Under the pieces are notes generated by a model. That model did not search any database and was not told where the DNA came from. It worked only from the letters and a program-made list of their open reading frames with translations. DNA of 64,000 bases from an uncultured Planctomycetota bacterium. Its GTDB lineage: Bacteria > Planctomycetota > Planctomycetia > Pirellulales > Lacipirellulaceae. The translations under genes were made by a program, and so were the position numbers. This document shows, piece after piece, positions 50,569-59,987 of this stretch; the first letter of the stretch is position 1, and each line of letters begins with the position of its first letter. Location of the stretch: contig CAVRBU010000006.1 of the NCBI GenBank assembly GCA_963719315.1, positions 96,001 to 160,000 of the forward strand, given 5' to 3'.

Positions 50569-51102
50569 CTATTGTTTTGTAGCTGGAGATTCTTCGATGA
50601 CCACGTCGACCGGCGCGGGGGCCGGTGAGGGAACAGAATCCAACATGCGCAGCGCGGCAATGGCCAAACCACTGTCCGGAAATCTCTCCAAGCATTTCTG
50701 GTAGTAACGACGTCCCTCTTCACCCTTTCCGATTTGAGTGTAGCAAAACGCGATATTGGTCAATGCCATTTCTCGGTAGCTGGCGGCTGACGACGATAAG
50801 AGAATAACTGACCGGAAGCGGTCGATCCAAGGATGTCGTTCGAAGAACGCGAGACTTTCCTGGAATTTCGGAATCGCTTCCGCGAATCGTTTTTGCTTGG
50901 TCAACCTGATTCCCGCACGATGCGCGTGGGCAATTATTTCTCGTGATGCCAACGAATACAGGAAACAGGCGATTATTCCCCACAACACACCGTTTCGAGG
51001 GTCGATGAGAAAACCTACGCTCGCGGCAACGGCAATTATTAACAGCGCTGGGATCGCTCGAGTCCACGATATTTGGCGGATGACTGGAGTTTGTGAAGCC
51101 AT
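50569..51102 (-). CDS. Membrane-anchored TPR protein
   Basis: Two TM helices; ALTNIAFCY.QIG..EE...YY.KCL..FP. Confidence 0.75.
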   Translation of the reverse strand: MASQTPVIRQISWTRAIPALLIIAVAASVGFLIDPRNGVLWGIIACFLYSLASREIIAHAHRAGIRLTKQKRFAEAIPKFQESLAFFERHPWIDRFRSVILLSSSAASYREMALTNIAFCYTQIGKGEEGRRYYQKCLERFPDSGLAIAALRMLDSVPSPAPAPVDVVIEESPATKQ

Positions 51103-51146
51103 TGGCTTGCCATCCGTTGACCTGTTTAAGGTACGATATGGTCGCA

Positions 51147-51593
51147 TCAAGTTTCATTGGTTCGTTGGATCGAACCTGGAGGGCGACGTTTCTTGCGTGC
51201 CAAGCCGTCTAAATGAATGAGGCGGGCTTTCCCGCGTCGATCTCGTTCTCGACGCCGGCAGGCGCGGCACATTTTGGCGGTGGAGTAAACGTAACCTTTG
51301 GCGACTTCATACCACCATTTTTGTTGCCGCGCCGTCCAGACTTCCTCACGCCCGCATTGCTCGCATGTGAAATCCTTATCGACGTAATACCCACGTTCGA
51401 CGTAGCTTGGTTGGCCATAGCTGTTGTACGGCGCGAGATTCGCAACATTAACTGCCACTCCGTCGCGCTCCTTGGCTGAGAGAAGCGCTGCCGTCTCTCT
51501 GGCCTTGCGAGTCAGAAAGTCTGCTTCGGCCTTCGCTTTGCGGGCGTGCCGCTTGGCTTGCAATTCGGTTCGACGTTGTTTTCCGCTTTTCAT
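51147..51593 (-). CDS. Zinc-ribbon domain protein
   Basis: YVDKDFTCEQCG...WTA.QQKWWYE...CRACR. Confidence 0.8.
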   Translation of the reverse strand: MKSGKQRRTELQAKRHARKAKAEADFLTRKARETAALLSAKERDGVAVNVANLAPYNSYGQPSYVERGYYVDKDFTCEQCGREEVWTARQQKWWYEVAKGYVYSTAKMCRACRRRERDRRGKARLIHLDGLARKKRRPPGSIQRTNET

Positions 51594-51596
51594 GCG

Positions 51597-51872
51597 CTAC
51601 TTCTTTGAAACCTCGGAAACCGGTTCATTGTCAATCGCCCGAGGAATTGATGCGCGAAGCTGTGGTGGCGATATCCGCAAGAAACTTTTCGCGATCGCCG
51701 TCGCCATATCCAGTGAACTGTCCAGTGCGCAGTTACCGAGTCCCTTCATCAATTTGCGCCAGCAAACTGAATCGACCGCGGTGCGCAGAACGTCCTGCTC
51801 GGAAGGGTATGCTGCGCTGACAACGCGAGTATGGACAAATGCTTTGAATTCCGACGGCAGCATCAGGCTCAT
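51597..51872 (-). pseudogene. Degraded ParD-like (ribbon-helix-helix) antitoxin
   Basis: MSLMLPSEFKAFVH.RV....Y.SE.DVLR.A; continues in another frame (LLAQIDEG) to a stop; no toxin gene follows. Confidence 0.55.
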
Positions 51873-51941
51873 CGTGGTTCCTCGCTCGTTCGATTATACC
51901 AAGTTTGCAAAGTGCGGTTAACAACAACGAAAGTAGCCTCA

Positions 51942-52216
51942 TTAAGCGGAAGAGTCGGTTTCGTCGCGATTTCGTAGGGCGTAGCGAATAAGCGATCCGA
52001 GCCCCGCGAAGCGATACGTGGGGTCGATGTAGCGTTCGATCACGTAGAACGCGAAGTAGTACGCTCGGCAGAATGCCCAAATCGCGACGGCCAACAAACA
52101 GGCGAGTTGCAAAGACGGATACAGGAAAAGTGCGGCGCTTGCGGTCGGCCGATGTCCCACGGGGCTTCACCGGCATAGGCGTCTTTGAACGTTTGTGGGG
52201 TGGGGATTTGGGTCAT
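51942..52216 (-). pseudogene. Chimeric fragment: methyltransferase 5' end joined to the 3' end of the small membrane gene
   Basis: 52133-52216 copies 50094-50177; 51942-52136 copies 53243-53437; CGGC is shared at the junction. Confidence 0.92.
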
Positions 52217-52308
52217 GTTTGCAAGTCTGGATTAGAGTCCGCAGATGGCGCAGATGATCGCAGATGGAAGAATCAAGTTCGGTTTGTGTTAGTCATATAC
52301 TATCGTAC

Positions 52309-53007
52309 CTAACGTCGAAACTCAGCCCCGCAGCCAGTACAGTGTGCGACGGTCGTGAACTTGCCGATCCGGTTGAGCGTTCCACATCCAGGACATGGCA
52401 TGTCACCGTAACCCGGCGGGGAACCTGGAATAATGCCGAAACCGCGAGTCCTTTCGTCCCCAGCATGGAGGCCATCCCACCATCGCTTGCCGTCGGCAAT
52501 GAACGAGTCGAGCCCGATCGGCAACCCGGAGGGCGTATTCACTACCAGATAGTCGAACCAGACCGTCAAGTCTAAGGCCCAATCCCGATCCAGTGGCGAC
52601 ACGGTAATTGAGTGGGATCGACCGTCCGAACCTGATTCCCAATGCAGGCTAGCCCTGCGATCCGAAAGCCGCAGAGACACGTCGTGGATGTCGAAGAATC
52701 TCCAGCCATGAATCGGGGGGTGTCCGAGTCCGAGAACGATCGAGAGCAACTCATCGATAGCAAAGACCACCACTTTCCATGGGGCACCGGGTGAGGAGCG
52801 TCGCCAAAAACGCGCGGCCACGCACCCAACAGGATAGAAGAGCAACTGCACTCGCCGATCGGTCGGAATCGGTCCGTGCTCCGGCAGCGTGAATACGTCG
52901 AAAGTAGCGGCAGCCATCCTTTGAGACGGATCAACTTCGAAGCCAAGTAGCTGGGCTTCATTGAGGGCGATGTCCAGACCAATACGTTGGTCTTCCGTAA
53001 GCGTCAC
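52309..53007 (-). CDS. Hypothetical protein with C-terminal CxxC...CxxC
   Basis: 232-aa ORF, GAGGAG RBS, GTG start. Confidence 0.7.
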   Translation of the reverse strand: MTLTEDQRIGLDIALNEAQLLGFEVDPSQRMAAATFDVFTLPEHGPIPTDRRVQLLFYPVGCVAARFWRRSSPGAPWKVVVFAIDELLSIVLGLGHPPIHGWRFFDIHDVSLRLSDRRASLHWESGSDGRSHSITVSPLDRDWALDLTVWFDYLVVNTPSGLPIGLDSFIADGKRWWDGLHAGDERTRGFGIIPGSPPGYGDMPCPGCGTLNRIGKFTTVAHCTGCGAEFRR

Positions 53008-53022
53008 TGGATCATCGCTCCT

Positions 53023-53145
53023 CTAGCGGTACAGATCACTCGCAGCAGCAATATCGGATGGCACAGCGGCGAGATCGTCCCAAAGGTCTTCGACCAATTG
53101 CAGTTTTTCGGGAGGAGTCAGATCAAAGAGTGAATCGGTATTCAT
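53023..53145 (-). pseudogene. Truncated addiction-module antitoxin (TIGR02574-like)
   Basis: MNTDSLFDLTPPEKLQLVEDLWDDLAA... stops after 40 aa; AAGGA RBS. Confidence 0.65.
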
Positions 53146-53242
53146 GTTGCAGTTCCTTGTCACGCCTTCCGAGGCTCCGCGACTCAACCCGGATCAGTAT
53201 AACTGTTGCCAAATCGGAACGCCAAACCCCGTTAGCGTCTCG

Positions 53243-53515
53243 TTAAGCGGTCGAGTCGGTGTCGTCGCGATTTCGTAGGGCGTAGCGAATAAGCGATCCG
53301 AGCCCCGCGAAGCGATACGTGGGGTCGATGTAGCGTTCGATCACGTAGAACGCGAAGTAGTACGCTCGGCAGAATGCCCAAATCGCGACGGCCAACAAAC
53401 AGGCGAGTTGCAAAGACGGATACAGGAAAAGTGCGGCCCCGAAGGCGAGCAGGCCGAGGATGAGGAACAAGCCGAACTTCAGCCAGAGCAGACGTGGGTT
53501 GCAGATATCAGTCAT
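53243..53515 (-). CDS. Small membrane protein
   Basis: Two TM helices; AIWAFCRAYYFAFYVIERYIDP. Confidence 0.8.
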   Translation of the reverse strand: MTDICNPRLLWLKFGLFLILGLLAFGAALFLYPSLQLACLLAVAIWAFCRAYYFAFYVIERYIDPTYRFAGLGSLIRYALRNRDDTDSTA

Positions 53516-53594
53516 GTTGCGTAGCAGATAATCGCAGCTCGTTCATAAACTTGTTTACATCGGAACCCAACAAGGTTTTCCCAGCAGCGCCGCG

Positions 53595-53993
53595 TTAAGC
53601 ATCTCGTTCGCGACAAACTTCATTGTAAACGAAAACATCCGTCACGTCCTGCTCGGCTTGCTCGCCGAGGTCGACGCGCAACTGATTGCGGGACGGCCAC
53701 ATTTCGTAAACACGTCCAACTTGGTCTCGGTAGGGCCCGACGAGAACGTGAACCATATCGCCATCGTTAAATGGCGCGCCATTGAACCTGCTGCCGATGG
53801 TGAAAACCATCGGCCACAAAATGAGAGCGCCGAGAATCCAGCCTAGAGGCAAGGCCGGGAGCACTGCAATGACAGTCCAAATGGAAATGTTGCCGATGGA
53901 TATTACCACAACCGCGGTGAGCGCGATGGCCCCGACGCTCGTCGAAACCTTTAAGCCGTGTCCGAAGAAGTATTGAAGTCGCGAGGGCTTCAT
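53595..53993 (-). CDS. Hypothetical membrane protein with KOW-like C-terminus
   Basis: Two TM helices followed by FNDGDMVHVLVGPYRDQVGRV. Confidence 0.7.
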   Translation of the reverse strand: MKPSRLQYFFGHGLKVSTSVGAIALTAVVVISIGNISIWTVIAVLPALPLGWILGALILWPMVFTIGSRFNGAPFNDGDMVHVLVGPYRDQVGRVYEMWPSRNQLRVDLGEQAEQDVTDVFVYNEVCRERDA

Positions 53994-54108
53994 CGGCAGT
54001 TTGTAGTTCGAAGCTCAGTGCGCGATAAGCAACCGAAGTTGGTTGCCAGTAATCAAGCGAACGATGCGATCCAGACTCGCCGCGAATACGGCACGAATGT
54101 GAAGTCCG

Positions 54109-54792
54109 CTACTTGCCTAATTTCTTTGCTTCCCACCAATTCGGAAGTTCGGGGTTGATGCGCTGCCAAAAGACGCCATGGTACGACGGCTGGCGCGCTT
54201 GAACCGTCACCAGTGTGACCGTCGCGATGAGTGCCGCCGCGAACGACGCCGGCCAGCCAGGGTAGTTCGTGAGAATTGTAAGTGCAGCAAGCGCTGCGAA
54301 CAAGGCAGCCCAAACCAGTTCTAGCGGCCGATCCATCCGAACTACATTGCAGAAGAGAAAGAAATGCGCGACGACAAAAGCGATCGCGACACCAAGTGCC
54401 GGAATGACAAATCCAGAGAACGCCGCTGCCACAAAGCCAATGACCAGGATAACGACGTCGACGGCCGATAGCCGAAAGCCCGGCTTGAATTCATTTTCGA
54501 CGAGGTCACTGTCCGTTGCCACGCGTTTCAGATCGACACACACGTAGTAACCCGCGTACAGCAGGAAGCGTTTTCGATCGCTCCATGGCACGAACTGCGC
54601 ATGAAGTTTTCGATAGTTAACTGGAAGCGCGTAAACCGCTGTCGCCGAAGGCGGCGGGTCGGTCGCAATGACGAATTCCTCGCCGGCGGGGAGAGTGTGC
54701 TTGTGCCCGCCCGTGTAGGGCGCACGCCACAACGTCATCACAGTCACCGGGAGGTCAGTTTTTGCTCGATAGCGTTGTCCTTTACGAACCAT
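54109..54792 (-). CDS. Hypothetical protein (soluble N-terminal domain plus 4-TM domain)
   Basis: Open frame with an abrupt change in character at FKPGFRLS. Confidence 0.65.
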   Translation of the reverse strand: MVRKGQRYRAKTDLPVTVMTLWRAPYTGGHKHTLPAGEEFVIATDPPPSATAVYALPVNYRKLHAQFVPWSDRKRFLLYAGYYVCVDLKRVATDSDLVENEFKPGFRLSAVDVVILVIGFVAAAFSGFVIPALGVAIAFVVAHFFLFCNVVRMDRPLELVWAALFAALAALTILTNYPGWPASFAAALIATVTLVTVQARQPSYHGVFWQRINPELPNWWEAKKLGK

Positions 54793-54918
54793 GGGCAAAA
54801 TCGTGTCAAAACGATTTTGGGGCGACACTGACCCTTTTGTTTCTTCTGACAAGTTTGTAAAAGGCCGCGACCATTGTTTAGGTAGGCTGCGAACGCAAAA
54901 AGGCAAAGCGCCACGCCT

Positions 54919-55284
54919 TCACTCGGGCAAACATGGGATTGCGAGATAGACCCACACCGCGGCGGCGCTTACCACGGCGATCATACTCATCATTGACATG
55001 CTCTCAGAAACGCGTGGGCCAGCGAGCGCACGAATGAATAAGGCGATGGGAATTGCAATCGCGACAATGGCCGGTTCGATCACGAAGTTTGAAAAACTCT
55101 TCGGCCTCACGCCGCTAAATCCGATGAAGGCAAACCACAGGGCGAATGGGATCAGAAGAATCAAAAACGTTGAAGCCTGCCAATCAACGCGCTTCCGACT
55201 GAAATACACGGTCGGCGCCGAAGCGACACAAGCAACTGCCGCATGGATCAACCAGGCCACAACAATGAATACGAGTATATACAT
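54919..55284 (-). CDS. Hypothetical membrane protein
   Basis: Four hydrophobic helices. Confidence 0.65.
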   Translation of the reverse strand: MYILVFIVVAWLIHAAVACVASAPTVYFSRKRVDWQASTFLILLIPFALWFAFIGFSGVRPKSFSNFVIEPAIVAIAIPIALFIRALAGPRVSESMSMMSMIAVVSAAAVWVYLAIPCLPE

Positions 55285-55478
55285 GATGGCTCAACGCAGT
55301 CACTTTCACAGGAACGGTTTTTGGCCGGAATACCTAAGCGCCATGCAAAGGCCGAACGTCTTCGCACTTGGGCAATCGCGGCTCTATAGAAACATACCTT
55401 ACACTGATTCCGCCTGAAAAAATAACGCCGACTGAGCGAAAAAAGCCTTGATTTATCGAACCAACAAACGGGCCAGAA

Positions 55479-56472
55479 CTGCTCAGTAGAAAACGTCTGA
55501 ATGCTAGCTAAACATCGGTGTGTGTTGGTTCGTATGACGGTGGATGAAGACGAGCAAGAGTCCGAAGCGCGTGTTGGTCGAGGCACTGGCCGTGGCCCAG
55601 GCTTCGCTGCCGCGGTACTCGCATCGGTTCAGCCCACGGGTCTTCACGCAGCATCAACTGTTTGCCTGTCTGGTGCTCAAGGATTTTTACAACCTGACCT
55701 ATCGGGGCACCGTTGGCCTGTTGGCGGACAGCGATTCGCTGTGCGAAGCGATCGGCCTGGAAAAGGTGCCCCACTTCACGACGCTGCAAAAGTCGGCCGA
55801 TCGGTTGTTGGTGAAGAAGTCGTTTCAACGGCTGATCACGGCCACGGTCCAGCGGGCACGGAAGGCCAAGCTGCTCCGCCGCTCCGTGCGATTGGCAGCC
55901 ATCGACACCAGCGGCTTCGAAGCGCGGCACACCAGTCGCTACTATGCCTGGCGTCGAAAAAAGGTGGGAAAACACGGACGAACGTGCGCCGTCTCCTATC
56001 GCCGCTACCCCAAGCTGGGCGTGGTCTGCGACACGACGAGTCATTTCTGCCTGGCGGCCCGGGCTAGCCAGGGACCGCGGCCCGACTTCGGCGATTTCCG
56101 CCCGCTCGTCGTCGAAGCGCAGGCTCGCACCGGAGTGAAGGCGGTCGCGGCGGACGCCGGCTTCGACAGCGAAGCCAACCACGTGTTGGCCCGCGACGAA
56201 CTGGGGATTCAGTCCCTGATCCCCGCCGAGCACGGCCGACCGCCGGCCGGGGAACCCGTGGGCCGCTATCGAAAGCAGATGAAACGTCATTTGCACGAAA
56301 GTCGTTATGGACAACGTTGGCAGGTGGAAACCGTCTACTCGATGATCAAACGTCTCTCGGGAGAAGTCGTCAACGCCCGCACCCACTGGCGCCGCTGCCG
56401 ACTCCTGCTCCTCAAAACACTCACTCACAACATCTCGATTCTCAGACAACACCTAGGTTTTCTACTGAGCAG
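55479..56472 (+). mobile_element. Insertion sequence, 994 bp (IS5/IS4-like DDE)
   Basis: Perfect 16-bp IRs CTGCTCAGTAGAAAAC / GTTTTCTACTGAGCAG; flanks GCCAGAA / GTCAGAA. Confidence 0.9.
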
Positions 56473-56488
56473 GTCAGAACGAATTTAG
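55544..56488 (+). CDS. DDE transposase
   Basis: PHFTTL, AIDTSG, ADAGFDSE, YGQRWQVETVYSMIKR. Confidence 0.92.
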   Translation: MKTSKSPKRVLVEALAVAQASLPRYSHRFSPRVFTQHQLFACLVLKDFYNLTYRGTVGLLADSDSLCEAIGLEKVPHFTTLQKSADRLLVKKSFQRLITATVQRARKAKLLRRSVRLAAIDTSGFEARHTSRYYAWRRKKVGKHGRTCAVSYRRYPKLGVVCDTTSHFCLAARASQGPRPDFGDFRPLVVEAQARTGVKAVAADAGFDSEANHVLARDELGIQSLIPAEHGRPPAGEPVGRYRKQMKRHLHESRYGQRWQVETVYSMIKRLSGEVVNARTHWRRCRLLLLKTLTHNISILRQHLGFLLSRSERI

Positions 56489-57319
56489 ACTATGAGTTCT
56501 GACTGCCTTTGTTTCTCCCGTTGTTTCTGCGGGTGGCGCTGCTCGCGCCGCAATCGAGAGCAGGGCCAGGGCGGGTGGCTCGGGCACAAGATCGTGAAGG
56601 ATCACTTGGCCGTTGTTGAAGATAAGCAAGTTGATCGGCTGCCCGTCGGCGAATTTTCCGTGGAGAGTAGAGGACGTTTGCTGAAAATTCGTGCCGTAGA
56701 CGTGGAGCGTCGAGTCGTTGGCGAGCACGATGTAGCTCGCGTCGCCGCCGTGTAAATATCCAGTGCTGGCCCGGAGCACGATATCGGCCACCGCCGGGAA
56801 GTTCGAGGGGTTAGGCGGCACGTTCGGTTGCGTCAATGTGCCGCCATTGAAGCTGCCGCCGTAGATGGTCACGGTGCTCAGCGTTGCAACTAGTCCGACG
56901 CCGCCGGCAGCGCTGCCGATGGCCGATGTTGAAAAGGCATCGGCGCCATCGAAATTGCCGCCGTAGATTTCGGCGGTGAAATTGCTGATCCGCAATGCAT
57001 GGCCGGCATTCACGGTCGTAAACGTTCCGGAAGGACCGGTAAACGTGGCGTTTCCGCCGCGGTATTGGCCACCATCGATGCCAACGCTTCCCCCACCGAA
57101 AAAGTTCACCGCTTCGCCAACGAGCATTTGCGTAGCAGGAGGCCCATTCAGCGACGGGCTGGTGATCTGAGTGCCGTTGAGGAGGTGGTAATGATCGGTC
57201 GTGAAGACATCGATGACGGGCCGAACTCCCGGGCCAATGGTGACTTCGGCCAGTGCGCGGCCTGGTTGTAGAACGGAAACCGCAAGAATTAGCATCCCCG
57301 ATGCAAGCGATCGCTTCAT
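56474..57319 (-). CDS. PEP-CTERM-type exported protein; possible frameshift in the sorting tail
   Basis: Signal peptide, Gly/Thr-rich body, VPEPPALALL; an alternative frame gives ...ATRR. Confidence 0.75.
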   Translation of the reverse strand: MKRSLASGMLILAVSVLQPGRALAEVTIGPGVRPVIDVFTTDHYHLLNGTQITSPSLNGPPATQMLVGEAVNFFGGGSVGIDGGQYRGGNATFTGPSGTFTTVNAGHALRISNFTAEIYGGNFDGADAFSTSAIGSAAGGVGLVATLSTVTIYGGSFNGGTLTQPNVPPNPSNFPAVADIVLRASTGYLHGGDASYIVLANDSTLHVYGTNFQQTSSTLHGKFADGQPINLLIFNNGQVILHDLVPEPPALALLSIAARAAPPAETTGETKAVRTHSLNSF

Positions 57320-57382
57320 GAGTTCTTTTGCCTCGGAATGAATTTCATTCAGGAGCAACCGAGCTGCGATCGTTCGGCGGCA

Positions 57383-57694
57383 TCAAACGCTGATCTTGCC
57401 GATTCGCACGCGGGTGAAGATGTGCCGTTCGCCGGTTTTGCGGCGGAAGTTTTTGCGGCGGCGGAGTTTTTGGATGACGAGTTTTTCGCCCTTTTCGGGA
57501 CCGAGGACTTCGGCCGCTACGCTCGCGCCCTGGACCAGCGGCGCGCCGAGCTTGGCGTCGCCGGCGCCGCCGACGGCGAGGACCGAGTCGAACGTGAGCT
57601 TTTCGCCGACCGGCACGTCGCGGTAATGGATGACGACTTCCTGGCCTTCTTCGACTTTGTATTGACGGTTGTCGTCGCGGATGATTGCGTACAT
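57383..57694 (-). CDS. rplU: 50S ribosomal protein L21
   Basis: MYAII....QYKVEEG, GAPLV.GA.V, KLRRRKNFRRKTG.R. Confidence 0.95.
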   Translation of the reverse strand: MYAIIRDDNRQYKVEEGQEVVIHYRDVPVGEKLTFDSVLAVGGAGDAKLGAPLVQGASVAAEVLGPEKGEKLVIQKLRRRKNFRRKTGERHIFTRVRIGKISV

Positions 57695-57830
57695 GTTCGT
57701 GCTCAAAAACGGATTGTAAATGACTTAGGAGGATTTACCACAAATAACACGGATGGGCATAGATACGTTTTTCTTCAATCCGTGATAACAGTGTAATCCG
57801 TGGTTGAAATGTATTGCGTTTGAATTGCAC

Positions 57831-58001
57831 TTACTTGTTTTGTTCCAAATAGGCGGCGCCGAGGAAAATGAGACCCAAGCACCAGAGGCCGGAGCCGTTG
57901 GCGGCGACGCCTTGGAAGTACCAGCCGGTGGCGCAGCCGAGCACGCCCAATACGGCCCAGAATTGCGGCGACCACAAGAACTTCTTTAAGCGTTCCGTCA
58001 T
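57831..58001 (-). CDS. Small membrane protein
   Basis: 56-aa ORF with two hydrophobic segments between rne and rplU. Confidence 0.45.
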   Translation of the reverse strand: MTERLKKFLWSPQFWAVLGVLGCATGWYFQGVAANGSGLWCLGLIFLGAAYLEQNK

Positions 58002-58220
58002 GGTTGTGTCTCGATGATGTAGTTCGAGCGATTCGATTTGTGATTGGATGCGATGGATGAACGACGGCAAGCGGCGGCGGATTACTACAGCGACTAAGAT
58101 GCTGAGGACGATCCTCTCCGATGTGCCGATGCCGAATTCGGCAGTGCTCCCGCTGGGGCAGCTACGGCACGCGGAGCGTGCCTGCTACTTTGGGGCGAGC
58201 CCTTTAATTTATGCCATTTT

Positions 58221-59933
58221 TCAGGCTTCTGCAATCCGCACTTCGCGGCCGTTCGCGTCGAGGCAATCGATCTTCAAAAACTCCGGGGAAAGGCCTTCTT
58301 TGCTGATGATCTGGAGCTCGACGTTGTTGTTCGCTTCGAGCTGCACCAGGTCGCGGCGTTTCTTGTTGTTGAGGTAGCTGGCCACTTCTTCCTCGACCGT
58401 GACGACGACGCGGGCGACCTGGCTGGAACTGGTCGCGAGTTGCAGCTTGCGGGCGACTTCGATCGCCATGCTCTCGGCCGACTTCACGAGACCGCTGCCG
58501 GCGCAGGCGGGGCACTCTTTGTACACGCTCCGCTTGATGCTGGGGCGGATCCGCTGGCGAGTCATTTCGATCAGGCCGAAGGGGCTGGTGCGAAGGATTT
58601 TGGTGCGAGCCCGATCGCGGCGAACGGCTTCGTGCAGCGTGCGCTCGACATTGCGGCGGTTGCGTTCCTTGCGCATGTCGATGAAGTCGTTCACCACCAC
58701 GCCGCCGAGGTCGCGGAGGCGGAGTTGGCGGGCAATTTCTTTGGCGGCAATCTGATTGAGCTGATAGGCCGACTCCTCGGCGGAGCCATCGGTGCGGAAG
58801 TTGCCGCTGTTGACGTCGATGGCGACGAGGGCTTCCGTCTGGTCGATCACGAGGGAGCCGCCGTTTTTGAGCGGTACCTTTCGCTGATTGATGAGCGCGA
58901 TTTCCTGGTCGAGATCGTACTTTTGGAATAATGGCTCGCGACCTTCGTAGAGCTTCAGCCGATTCACGTAACGCGGCATGACGATTTGCAGGAATTCTTT
59001 GGCTCGCTCGAACGCTTTGGGCTCGTCGATGTAGATCGTGTCGACGTCGCCGGTGAAGATGTCGCGGATCGTGCGGATGATCATGTCGCTTTCTTCGTAG
59101 ATATCCACGGGGCCGGTGGTTTTCTTGACGCGGCGGACGATGACTTTCCAGAGGCGGAGCAGATAGGCGAGATCGCGCGAGAGTTCCTTCTTGGTGCGAT
59201 CGGTGCCGGCGGTGCGGACGATGAAGCCGACGCCTTTGGGCGGGTTGAGCTCGCGGAGGATGTCGCGGAGTCGGCGGCGGTCTTCGTCGCTTTCGATTTT
59301 GCGGGAGACGCCGATGCGGCCGAGGGCCGGCATGAGGACCAGGTAGCGGCCCGGGATGCTGATGTAGGTGGAGAGCGTCGGGCCTTTGGTGCCGATGCCT
59401 TCTTTGATGACTTGCACAAGAACTTCGTCGCCGCGTTGGAAGATTTCCTGGATGGGCGGTTTGAAACGGGGACGGACACCGGTGCGGAAGCGGGATGTTT
59501 TTTGGCCGGTGGCGGCGCGCCGGCCACCGTGGCCATTGCCATTTTCGGGCCCGTTGCCGCGGCTATTGCCGCGGGAGGGGCCGGGCGATTCGTCGTCGAA
59601 GTCGTCGTCGCCTTCGTGTTGTTCGAAGTCGCGGCCACGAGATTGGCCACCGCCGTTGGGCAGGTTGGCTTGGCGCGGGTCGTAACCGCCCTGGCGAAAG
59701 TATTGGGGCTCGACGTCGCTGATATGCAGGAAGCCGTTGCGACCGACGCCGAAATCGACGAACGCCGCTTGGATGCTGGGTTCCAGGTTGACGATGCGAC
59801 CCTTGTAGATGTTGCCGACGAAGTTTTGTTGGCTCATGCGCTCGAGGTAGAGCTCCTCGAGCACGCCATCCTCAACGATCGCAATGCGGCATTCTTCCGC
59901 CTGTGCGACGTTGATTAGCATTTCTTGTTTCAT
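58221..59933 (-). CDS. rne: Ribonuclease E/G family endoribonuclease
   Basis: GNIYKG, AAFVDFG, KGPTLST, IDVNSG, EIARQLRLRDLGG, CPAC.G.G. Confidence 0.93.
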   Translation of the reverse strand: MKQEMLINVAQAEECRIAIVEDGVLEELYLERMSQQNFVGNIYKGRIVNLEPSIQAAFVDFGVGRNGFLHISDVEPQYFRQGGYDPRQANLPNGGGQSRGRDFEQHEGDDDFDDESPGPSRGNSRGNGPENGNGHGGRRAATGQKTSRFRTGVRPRFKPPIQEIFQRGDEVLVQVIKEGIGTKGPTLSTYISIPGRYLVLMPALGRIGVSRKIESDEDRRRLRDILRELNPPKGVGFIVRTAGTDRTKKELSRDLAYLLRLWKVIVRRVKKTTGPVDIYEESDMIIRTIRDIFTGDVDTIYIDEPKAFERAKEFLQIVMPRYVNRLKLYEGREPLFQKYDLDQEIALINQRKVPLKNGGSLVIDQTEALVAIDVNSGNFRTDGSAEESAYQLNQIAAKEIARQLRLRDLGGVVVNDFIDMRKERNRRNVERTLHEAVRRDRARTKILRTSPFGLIEMTRQRIRPSIKRSVYKECPACAGSGLVKSAESMAIEVARKLQLATSSSQVARVVVTVEEEVASYLNNKKRRDLVQLEANNNVELQIISKEGLSPEFLKIDCLDANGREVRIAEA

Positions 59934-59987
59934 GTGTACCTGATTGAACGTGGGTGGTGATTTTCAGTTGTAGGAGTAGCCGCACAA

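Noticed and set aside
48900..57360. Classical integron
   Set aside because: No IntI gene and no repeated RYYYAAC...GTTRRRY attC structure seen by eye.
57320..57694. rplU lacking an adjacent rpmA as a novel rearrangement
   Set aside because: Cannot be judged from this window; the separation may be normal for the lineage.
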